From: Spirochaetia bacterium
GTDB lineage: Bacteria > Spirochaetota > Spirochaetia > SZUA-6 > Bin103
Reading direction: 5' to 3'
Length of the DNA stretch: 64,000 bases
Assembly: GCA_965199955.1 (NCBI GenBank)
Contig: CBDATQ010000002.1
Coordinates: 288,001-352,000, forward strand
Shown here in pieces: positions 30,225-37,889 of the stretch. Below the pieces are notes generated by a model. The model was not told where the DNA came from, searched no databases, and saw only the letters and a list, made by a program, of their open reading frames with translations. Within the stretch, counting starts at the first letter, position 1; every line of letters starts with the position of its first letter. A program made the translations under genes and the position numbers.

Positions 30225-31672
30225 TTGTCGGTCCCTCCCCGGTTCTGGCCGTCCGACGCCTGCGTGCCGACTGCCGACGCGGGAATCGGCACCCGTTCGA
30301 CCGGCTCCAGCCGCTCGATCACCCAATCCTTGCCGGTCCATCGCAGCCACAGTCGCTCGGTTACGAGCACGCCGGGTGGATCGGTCACGCTGGCGATGTC
30401 TTCGAGGTTGGGCGTCCAGAAGTGATAGTGGGCCCTGAAAATCGGCTGGGGCTGACCCTGTTCCGCGTGTATCTCCAGGTCCGTGATCCCGTAGACCCGA
30501 AACGGCGGTTGCTCGATCCGGCCCAGCTCATCCCACTCCGGCGCCGGCACGACTCGGCTTCCCCCTCGGTTGGCGAGAGCCATGCGGGACTCCAGGAACA
30601 TGTGCAGGGTTTCATTGATCAGCCCCTGGCCGGCATTGTCGGTGGCCGCGTCCTCCATCGGCTCCGTGTCCATCGCGTTGATGGATCCGTAGAACAGCTC
30701 GACCACCTCCGCCGGCTCCAGGCCGCGCGTGACCGGCGGCGCGAGCGCGCGGCCCAGGATCGGCACCAGGATCGAAAGCGCCACCGCCGCTCCGGCGCCC
30801 CAACCGATCAGCCGGCGCCAGTTGCGGTTGAGGAACCGGCTGCGCGCGAAGCGCCGTTCGGCCAGCTCCGCTTCGGTATCCGCTGCGCGGAGCGCCTCCG
30901 GCGGCGGATCGCCGAGCGCGGCGAGCGCGCCGGACGCGGCATCATCGCCGAGCAGCAGGTCCCACGAGGCAAGGGTGGGCACGCCCTGCGATCCCTGGCC
31001 CAGGGAAGACATCACGGTGTCGCACAGCTCGGCCGGAGCCGACGGCTGAAAGGCTCGTGGTGAGACCACAGGGAACCCGCGCACGCGGTCGTGGATCGCT
31101 TCCTCGGAATCCCCGTCGAACGGGTAGCGGCCGCACAGAATCCGGTACACGGCGACGCCCAGCGCGAACGCGAGCTGGTCGGGGCCCTGGCGGTGTGGAT
31201 GCAGGTAGCGCTCGACGTGCGCCAGGCGCTCGGCAGGTGACTTGACGCCGTTCAGCCGGTCCATCACCGCTGGCGGCAGCAGCAGCAGGCTGCCGTCCTC
31301 GGTGAAGACAACGGCGTCTCCCTGCAGTGGTCCGCCGAAGTCGACCCGCTCGGAGAGCGCTTTCAGGGCCGTCGCCAGCCGCTGCAGGCGCTGGCCGCGG
31401 ACCGGTGACGGCGGCTCGGTAAGCGCCTCGTCGAGGGTGACGCCGCCCATCCACGGACCGACCACGTAGACCTGTGCCCGGTGGTGCCGGTAGCCGGAGA
31501 AGCGCCAGACCTCGATGGTCGGAGGACTCCCGGCGGCGCCGTCCGACACGATCCAGCCGTCGGACTGCGTCACGGCGCCGAGCTGCGCAAGGCTGTACTG
31601 GTTGTGCCGCGACCCTGCCGGAATGCCGAGGAGCGCCTCGCCGTCCAGATCGAGCCGTTCGGGCCGTGCCAC
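30221..31672 (-). CDS. Membrane-anchored kinase-fold-like (probable pseudokinase) protein
   Basis: GVTLDEAL, kinase subdomain IX-like FALGVAVYRILCGRYPF; single TM; extracytoplasmic C-terminal domain; no recognisable HRD or DFG. Confidence 0.6.
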   Translation of the reverse strand: MARPERLDLDGEALLGIPAGSRHNQYSLAQLGAVTQSDGWIVSDGAAGSPPTIEVWRFSGYRHHRAQVYVVGPWMGGVTLDEALTEPPSPVRGQRLQRLATALKALSERVDFGGPLQGDAVVFTEDGSLLLLPPAVMDRLNGVKSPAERLAHVERYLHPHRQGPDQLAFALGVAVYRILCGRYPFDGDSEEAIHDRVRGFPVVSPRAFQPSAPAELCDTVMSSLGQGSQGVPTLASWDLLLGDDAASGALAALGDPPPEALRAADTEAELAERRFARSRFLNRNWRRLIGWGAGAAVALSILVPILGRALAPPVTRGLEPAEVVELFYGSINAMDTEPMEDAATDNAGQGLINETLHMFLESRMALANRGGSRVVPAPEWDELGRIEQPPFRVYGITDLEIHAEQGQPQPIFRAHYHFWTPNLEDIASVTDPPGVLVTERLWLRWTGKDWVIERLEPVERVPIPASAVGTQASDGQNRGGTDN

Positions 31673-31683
31673 GTCGAGCCGTA

Positions 31684-33141
31684 CTATAGCTGATGGCGCG
31701 GCTGGCCGGGTGACGGGACCGCCTGCTCCGCGCCCGCGTCGCCACCGGAATCCGCGGGGCCGAGCAGCCGGCGCAGCCGCGCACGCTCCAGCCTCACGAA
31801 CAGGTTCTTCTCGCGTATGGGGACCACGGCTCCGGGCTCACCGCCCTTCACGCGCCGCAGGTTCTTCACCTGCGTGTAGTGGACGTCGGCGTGGCCGTTC
31901 CGGCGCGCCTTGCTGAAGAACACGGCCAGGGTGGCGGCATCCAGCAGCACCGGCAGCGGCGGGCTCTTGCCTCGCCGGGCGGAGAGGAACACGTGGGCTC
32001 CCGGATGGTCGCGGCAGTGGAACCAGTAGTCGTTGCCGCGGGCCGTATGCCGGAGGATGGCGTCGCTGGCGACTGCCGATCGCCCGACGCGCAGCACCCA
32101 GCCGGCTGACGCGAACAGGTTGCCCGGCCCGCCGGACGCGCCGCCGGACGAGTGCCTGGAGGCCGGCTTGGGCGCGGCGCCGGCATCGGTTGTGGAAACG
32201 GCCGGGCCCAGCGCACGAAACGCCTGCCAGTGTCGTTGCGCGGCGGCCAATTCGCCCTGCAAGCGCTCGACCGCCGCGCGCCGCCGACGATACTCGTGGA
32301 AGTAACGGCTCGCGTTTTCGGCCGGCGACCGCCGCGGGTTCAGCGTGATCTCCGCGCCGCCGTCGGCCGCCGGCAGCCGGCTCACCGATCGGTCGAGGAG
32401 ATGGGCGTTGGCCAGGATCGTCTGGCCGGCCGCACGCATGGCCTGGTAGTCGGCTGCGTGTCGCACGGCGGCGCGCAGTCGGGCGATGCGGATGGCGCGG
32501 CGCCGGCGCTCGCGCTCGAACCGGATGCGGGCGGCGTGCGCGTCGCTCACGGCGCGTGCGATCCGTTCCCGCGCGCGGTAGTGCGCGTCCAGGCGTGCGC
32601 TGTAGTCGCCGGTGCCGGCCAGAGGGCGCAACCGGTAGCGCTGCGGGTCCCGGCCGCCGACCTGGACCGACGGCGCGAAACGGGAGCCGGTCGCCTCCCC
32701 GCGTTGCGGGCGCCGGAACAAGGCCTCCAGGATGGTCCCCCGATCATCGGTGACCACGCAGTTCGAGGCGCCGCTCCACAGACGCAGCCAGATGATGCGC
32801 CGTCGCGTCCCGGCCCCGCAGTGGATGCGGACGATCCGCTCCGTGCCGAGTTGCAGCGCGGAATCGATTCGGCTTTTGCGCACGTGCGCGCGCAGAAAGG
32901 TGGCGAATCGTGACGGGGGTGCTCGCCCTCCCGGAAACGGTTCGGCGGTGCGATGCAGCCGGCTGCCGCCGGCGAGACGGCACAGGAGGGTGAGCCGGCC
33001 GGGGCCGATGCTCCGGTCCGGGGCAGCCGGACGATGCAGTGAGAACAGCAGCGTCGCCGGGCCCGTCTGCGCGACGTCCTGTATGAAGGTGCCCTTGAGA
33101 TCCAGCTCGACGAGTACGCGGTCGATCTCGCGCCAGTTCAA
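31684..33141 (-). CDS. NFACT/RqcH (Rqc2, FbpA) family ribosome quality-control protein
   Basis: LNWREID...IQDV, ERIVRI, RLWSGASN, coiled coil, SPAENASRYF, NFACT-R WFHCRDHPGAHV...YTQVKNLRR. Start approximate. Confidence 0.85.
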   Translation of the reverse strand: MNWREIDRVLVELDLKGTFIQDVAQTGPATLLFSLHRPAAPDRSIGPGRLTLLCRLAGGSRLHRTAEPFPGGRAPPSRFATFLRAHVRKSRIDSALQLGTERIVRIHCGAGTRRRIIWLRLWSGASNCVVTDDRGTILEALFRRPQRGEATGSRFAPSVQVGGRDPQRYRLRPLAGTGDYSARLDAHYRARERIARAVSDAHAARIRFERERRRRAIRIARLRAAVRHAADYQAMRAAGQTILANAHLLDRSVSRLPAADGGAEITLNPRRSPAENASRYFHEYRRRRAAVERLQGELAAAQRHWQAFRALGPAVSTTDAGAAPKPASRHSSGGASGGPGNLFASAGWVLRVGRSAVASDAILRHTARGNDYWFHCRDHPGAHVFLSARRGKSPPLPVLLDAATLAVFFSKARRNGHADVHYTQVKNLRRVKGGEPGAVVPIREKNLFVRLERARLRRLLGPADSGGDAGAEQAVPSPGQPRHQL

Positions 33142-33363
33142 CGCCGGCCCGAAGGCCTGAGCTCCGGACGAGGTGCGCGTGCGGTCGTGTGCCACGAGGA
33201 CTCCCAATGAAACCGGGCCGCGGCCTTCGCGGCTATGCCCGGCGTCTGGTGATGGCCCGGACGGCCTCGACACGGGAGTTTGGTAAGCGGATGTAAGGTC
33301 CGGCGCGAGAGGCGCCGTGAGGCCGGCCGCTTGGCTGGCACCGTTCTTGCTGACCGCTTCGGC

Positions 33364-34566
33364 ATGACGTCTTGCATCATCCGTGTCTCGTTCGTGCTCT
33401 CCGTCGCCGCCACCTTGTCTGCGCAGGAGCTGCAGGTCGACCTCGCCGGCAAGGCCGCGGAGGTCGAGGCCGCGGCCGTCGAGGTTCTCATGGACGACCT
33501 GCGCCTGATCGCCCGAACCGACCGGGACACGGACCGGTCTGTCGCCGGGGTCGATACCGAGTCGCTGACGGTGGGTCCGCTGCGGCTTGCCGGCCTGACC
33601 CGCCTGCTCATGACGACCCCGCTCGGCGTGTATCCCTGGAGTTCCGTGCTGACCGCCGATGGTGGCGCGCTCCTGGACGCGGCACGCGTTCCCTCGGGGC
33701 GGTTCGGCGCGGCGCTGCGAGCCGACGACGCCTACGTCTTCGTGATGCGTCGGTCCGCAACGCTGAACCGGTTCGGAGCCGGCGGAAGAGTCCGGCACGG
33801 TTCCGGCCTGGAAGCGGAACTGGCGGCCGTATTCTCTCGACTCGCGCCTGCGCCCGGGAGAACGCCCGCCGAAGAGCGTGTGGAGCCCCGCGAGCGGATG
33901 ATCCACGCGGTTGCCCGCTTGCGGGGGACCGGCAGCCTGCTGCGGGTGACGGCAATGCCGGTCGTCATGGCGGCAGACCGCCTGCCCCTGTCGGGCGCGG
34001 GAGTGGTCAGCGCGGGGTTGGTCGCCGACTGGCTCACGCTGGACGGCTCGCTGGCGCTCGCCGGCCGAGGCTACTTCACCGGCGACGCGAAACATGCCGC
34101 GGGAGCGGCCGCGGCGCTCCGCATGCGCGTCGCCGGCGACTCCTGGCCGTCGCTGGAGCTCCGCTCGCGGTGGCGCGCCGACGCGAGGCCGGAGCAGATG
34201 TTGTCCGCCCGCCTTGCCGCCGGTGCGGGCGTCTCATCCGGGTTGGCCGGCAGTGCCGAAATCTCCCGTCGAAAGACGCGTTCGTCGGATCGCGTGCGCG
34301 TTTCCGGGCGGGCGGAGGCACGTGATCGCGGCAACCGCGCCTGGCTGTCCGGATCGGCGAACGTGACCGGCGATCGAACGACTCCCCGCGTCGAGATCGG
34401 AACGCGGCTCCGCGTTGATCCTCGGTTGCAGCTCACCGTGGCGGCCGGCTGGGCCGGAGAGTGGAGCGCCCGCGTGGAATGCGTGCTGCGGGAAGCCGGC
34501 AACGAAGCGCGCCTCGACCTCGAGGACGACGGTGACTGGGCCGTCGGCCTTACGCTGGGCCGGTGA
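33364..34566 (+). CDS. Secreted hypothetical protein, possible outer-membrane beta-barrel
   Basis: Signal peptide ending LSA-QE; many alternating amphipathic beta segments; ends WAVGLTLGR. Confidence 0.5.
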   Translation: MTSCIIRVSFVLSVAATLSAQELQVDLAGKAAEVEAAAVEVLMDDLRLIARTDRDTDRSVAGVDTESLTVGPLRLAGLTRLLMTTPLGVYPWSSVLTADGGALLDAARVPSGRFGAALRADDAYVFVMRRSATLNRFGAGGRVRHGSGLEAELAAVFSRLAPAPGRTPAEERVEPRERMIHAVARLRGTGSLLRVTAMPVVMAADRLPLSGAGVVSAGLVADWLTLDGSLALAGRGYFTGDAKHAAGAAAALRMRVAGDSWPSLELRSRWRADARPEQMLSARLAAGAGVSSGLAGSAEISRRKTRSSDRVRVSGRAEARDRGNRAWLSGSANVTGDRTTPRVEIGTRLRVDPRLQLTVAAGWAGEWSARVECVLREAGNEARLDLEDDGDWAVGLTLGR

Positions 34567-34579
34567 CCGCGGACTTCCA

Positions 34580-34608
34580 TTGCCCGGCCGGCCGGGGGCG
34601 CGTACTAT
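34580..34608 (+). promoter_or_regulatory. Sigma70-type promoter of cysS
   Basis: TTGCCC-17-TACTAT. Confidence 0.55.
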
Positions 34609-34614
34609 CCGGGA

Positions 34615-36051
34615 ATCGAAGACACGCTTTCTCTGCACAACACCCTGACCGGCAAGGTGGAGCCGTTCGTGCCCCTGGTCGAAGGCAGGGTCGGGATGTA
34701 CTGCTGCGGGCCGACGGTCTATCTCGACCAGCACCTGGGGAACCTGCGCACGTACCTGTTCGAGGACGTGCTGCGGCGCACCCTGGAAGACTGCGGCTAC
34801 GAGGTCCGCCACGTGATGAACATCACCGACGTGGGCCATCTCACCGACGACGGCGACGATGGCGAGGACAAGATGATCAAGAGCGCCCGCGCCAAGGGCC
34901 TGTCGGTGGAGCAGATCGCCGAGCACTACACCGATCAGTTCTTCCGGGACTGCCGGGCGCTGAACATCACCAGGCCGACGGTGGTGTGCAAGGCGACCGA
35001 TCACATCCCGGACATGATCGCGCTGATCGAGCGGCTGGAGAAGCGCGGCCACACCTACCAGGCCGCCGGCAACGTCTTCTACGATATCTCTACGTTCCCG
35101 GGCTACGGCCAGATGGCTCGGCTCGACCTGGACGAGCTGCAGGCCGGCGCCCGCATCGAGGTGGATGCCAACAAGCGCGGACCGCACGACTTCGGCCTGT
35201 GGTTCACCAAGTCGAAGTTCGAGCGGCAGGCGATGCTGTGGGACTCTCCGTGGGGGACGGGCTATCCGGGCTGGCACATCGAGTGCAGCGCGATGTCGAT
35301 GCGCTACCTGGGCGAGCGCTTCGACATCCATTGCGGCGGCGTCGACCATATCCCGGTGCATCACACCAATGAGGTCGCCCAATCGGATGGAGTGACCGAC
35401 GAACCGTGCGTGCGCTACTGGGTGCACGGCGAGTTCCTGCTGATCGAAGGTGCGCGCATGGCCAAGTCGGGCGGCAATATCGCCACCGTCTCGGACCTGG
35501 TCGAGCGCGGCTTCGAGCCGCTCGACTACCGCTACTTCTGCCTGGGCGCGCACTACCGCGATCAACACACCTTTTCGGCGCAGGGGATGGAGGCCGCGCG
35601 CTCCGCCCGCCGACGCCTGCTCGACCGCGTCGCCGAGCTCGCCGAGCGTGCCGCCGGTGCCGAGTCTCCGGGCACCGAGGAGGAGGCGGAGCGTGCCTGG
35701 CTGCACTTTCGCCGCCAAGCGCGCGACGACCTGCACATGCCGCGCTGTCTGGCCGTGCTGTGGGGCCTGGTGAAGGAGCCGTGCGTGGGCGCGGCTGCCA
35801 AGCTGGACGTACTGCGGCGCATGGACCGCATCCTGGCGATCGGCATGGAGGAGGCTGCCTCGCACCGCACGGAGCTCGCGCCGGAGCTGCGCGATCTGGT
35901 CGAGCGGCGCTCTGCCGCCCGTGCGCAGCGGGACTTCGTCACCGCGGACTCGATTCGCGACGAGCTTGCCGCGCGCGGTGTGGTGCTGGAAGATCGGCCC
36001 GACGGGGTGCGCTGGCGGTACTCGAACGGAAAGGGCCGGCCCAAGTTGTAA
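34615..36051 (+). CDS. cysS: Cysteine--tRNA ligase
   Basis: LHNTLT, YCCGPTVY, HLGN, NITDVGH, PGWHIECS, DIHCGGVDH..HH, RMAKS. Conserved N-terminus lies upstream of GTG 34657, so the start appears non-canonical. Confidence 0.95.
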   Translation: MEDTLSLHNTLTGKVEPFVPLVEGRVGMYCCGPTVYLDQHLGNLRTYLFEDVLRRTLEDCGYEVRHVMNITDVGHLTDDGDDGEDKMIKSARAKGLSVEQIAEHYTDQFFRDCRALNITRPTVVCKATDHIPDMIALIERLEKRGHTYQAAGNVFYDISTFPGYGQMARLDLDELQAGARIEVDANKRGPHDFGLWFTKSKFERQAMLWDSPWGTGYPGWHIECSAMSMRYLGERFDIHCGGVDHIPVHHTNEVAQSDGVTDEPCVRYWVHGEFLLIEGARMAKSGGNIATVSDLVERGFEPLDYRYFCLGAHYRDQHTFSAQGMEAARSARRRLLDRVAELAERAAGAESPGTEEEAERAWLHFRRQARDDLHMPRCLAVLWGLVKEPCVGAAAKLDVLRRMDRILAIGMEEAASHRTELAPELRDLVERRSAARAQRDFVTADSIRDELAARGVVLEDRPDGVRWRYSNGKGRPKL

Positions 36052-36064
36052 CCAAGGGACCGGG

Positions 36065-36598
36065 ATGTTGTTGTCTAACGATGTAGCGGGCCGCGACTTT
36101 GACGAAATCTACCGATCCCTTTTTCCCACCCTGTATCGGGTGGCCTACCGAATCTGCCTGGACCAGGGGGTGGCGGAAGATGTCTGCCAGGAGGCGTTCA
36201 TGCGCTACCTGCGGCGGCCGGCTCCGCTGCCCGACCTCGACCAGACCAAGTACTGGCTGCTGCGGGTGGTACGAAACCTCTCCCTCAACGTCGAGAAGCG
36301 CAGGAAGCGCGAGCTCCGAGCCAACCGCGACGTCACGCGCACTCCGCGGGGGACCCGGGAAGAAACGACCGATGACGATGTGCTGCGTTCCGAGACCCGT
36401 TCCGCGGTCCACGACGCGCTGGGAAAGTTGCCCGTGAACCTGCGGACCCCCCTCGTGATGCGCGAGTACGGAGGCTTGAGCTACCGCGAAATCGCCGGTG
36501 TGCTTCACCTCAGCGAGAGCAACGTAAAGGTGCGCGTGTTTCGCGCTCGGCAGCGCCTTGCCAAAATCCTCGATCCGAGCAGTCTGCATGTTTCCTGA
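36065..36598 (+). CDS. ECF RNA polymerase sigma factor
   Basis: AEDVCQEAF, WLLRVVRN (region 2); LP..LR...MREYGGLSYREIA....SESNVKVRVFRAR (region 4). Confidence 0.92.
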   Translation: MLLSNDVAGRDFDEIYRSLFPTLYRVAYRICLDQGVAEDVCQEAFMRYLRRPAPLPDLDQTKYWLLRVVRNLSLNVEKRRKRELRANRDVTRTPRGTREETTDDDVLRSETRSAVHDALGKLPVNLRTPLVMREYGGLSYREIAGVLHLSESNVKVRVFRARQRLAKILDPSSLHVS

Positions 36599-36618
36599 CG
36601 ACCATGTGTCCTGACGAC
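36587..36618 (+). repeat. 16-bp tandem duplication at the sigma/anti-sigma junction
   Basis: CATGTTTCCTGACGAC / CATGTGTCCTGACGAC (15 of 16 identical). Confidence 0.85.
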
Positions 36619-37239
36619 CCTGTCCTGTCGAGCTTCCACGATCACGAGTTGCCGCCCGGAAGCGCCGAGCGCATCGAGGCCCATCTCGCTGGATGCGAGC
36701 ACTGCCGGATGCGCCTGCGGCGTTTTCAGTCCGTTTCGCACCGGTTGATCGAGTGCGAGGAGCCCGACGTGGAAGAGGCGGCGATCCGGGTATGGAGACT
36801 GCTCGGCGCGCAGGCGCCGGCCTCCGCCGGGCGCCGTCGCGGTTCGCTGCGGCTGCCGATCGCGGCCGCGTCGGCGGCGTTGGCGGTCGCCTTCGTGTTC
36901 ACCCTGGCGCTCGGGGACCGTCCGCCGGCCTTGAACGAGTGGGGGCGTGCCGCGTTGAGCCGGTTGGCTGCCGTCCCGGCGGACCCGGTGGCGCCATACG
37001 GCGCAGAGCGCGCGGTGGTGATGGAACTGACGCTCCCGAGCACCAGCGAGTTTCAACTCTTCGGCGCGCCGAAGATTCTGCACGAGGTCGAGCTGCAGCC
37101 GTCTGCGTCGGCGTCGTTCGGCGACTCCGCCACGATGGAGGTGAACCTGCCACCCGTGAGCTATCGGCTGATCGGATCGCCGGTCATCGTGCATGAAGGC
37201 GAGCTGCACCAAGGCGAACGTGCGACAACCATCCCATAG
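36604..37239 (+). CDS. Zinc-binding (ZAS, zf-HC2) transmembrane anti-sigma factor
   Basis: MCPD...HLAGCEHC (HxxxCxxC), one TM helix, directly after the ECF sigma. Confidence 0.88.
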   Translation: MCPDDPVLSSFHDHELPPGSAERIEAHLAGCEHCRMRLRRFQSVSHRLIECEEPDVEEAAIRVWRLLGAQAPASAGRRRGSLRLPIAAASAALAVAFVFTLALGDRPPALNEWGRAALSRLAAVPADPVAPYGAERAVVMELTLPSTSEFQLFGAPKILHEVELQPSASASFGDSATMEVNLPPVSYRLIGSPVIVHEGELHQGERATTIP

Positions 37240-37879
37240 GCGCCGGGGGCTCCGCTCCCTGATCTGCTCCCTGCTGATGGCGGTCGCGGCCGGCGGCACG
37301 CCGCTCGCCGCGCAGAGTGCTCCCGCCGATGCGAGCGGGTCGGGTTCAGCGCTACCGGACGCGTTGCTGGAGGAGTTCGCTGACCGCCCGCTGGAGATTC
37401 GCCTGGCACTCAGTCTGGTCACGCTGGACGGCAGAATCATCATGAAGCTGGATCAGTCGACTCCCACCAAGCCCAGGCAAGCGGTCGGAGCCACCCTGGA
37501 GCAGACAGACCGGCTGAAAGTGGAGGCGCTGTTCACGCCGGTGTGGATCACCGCGGCCGAGCTCACGCTGCACGTCCAGCTCCAGATCTGGGAGGCCGAC
37601 CCGGCCGGCGCATACGGGAGTGAGCCGGTGGCAAGCGCCTACCGCGCCATGCCGGTGGCGCTCGGCGATCACGTGCTGTTGTTCCCCCTCGGCGGCGAGG
37701 ACCAGTTGCAGGGCAACACCAGGCGGTTCCACTTCAGGGCCGATGCCTTTCCGGTCGATCCGCCCCGGCACAACGACGCGGAGGAGGACGGACCGGTGGC
37801 CGTGGTGATCGTGATGGCGGTCCAGGTGGACCTCTACGAAGAGAACGAGGTCCCGCAGCAGCAGAACGCCGTTTCCTGA
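37220..37879 (+). CDS. Secreted hypothetical protein
   Basis: Signal peptide RRRGLRSLICSLLMAVAAGGTPLAA; overlaps the anti-sigma 3' end. Confidence 0.6.
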   Translation: MRQPSHRRRGLRSLICSLLMAVAAGGTPLAAQSAPADASGSGSALPDALLEEFADRPLEIRLALSLVTLDGRIIMKLDQSTPTKPRQAVGATLEQTDRLKVEALFTPVWITAAELTLHVQLQIWEADPAGAYGSEPVASAYRAMPVALGDHVLLFPLGGEDQLQGNTRRFHFRADAFPVDPPRHNDAEEDGPVAVVIVMAVQVDLYEENEVPQQQNAVS

Positions 37880-37889
37880 GCACCGCCGG

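Noticed and set aside
36047..36078. ECF autoregulatory promoter TGTAAC...GTCTAA
   Set aside because: Spacing is longer than typical and the -10 falls inside the sigma CDS with no suitable downstream start.
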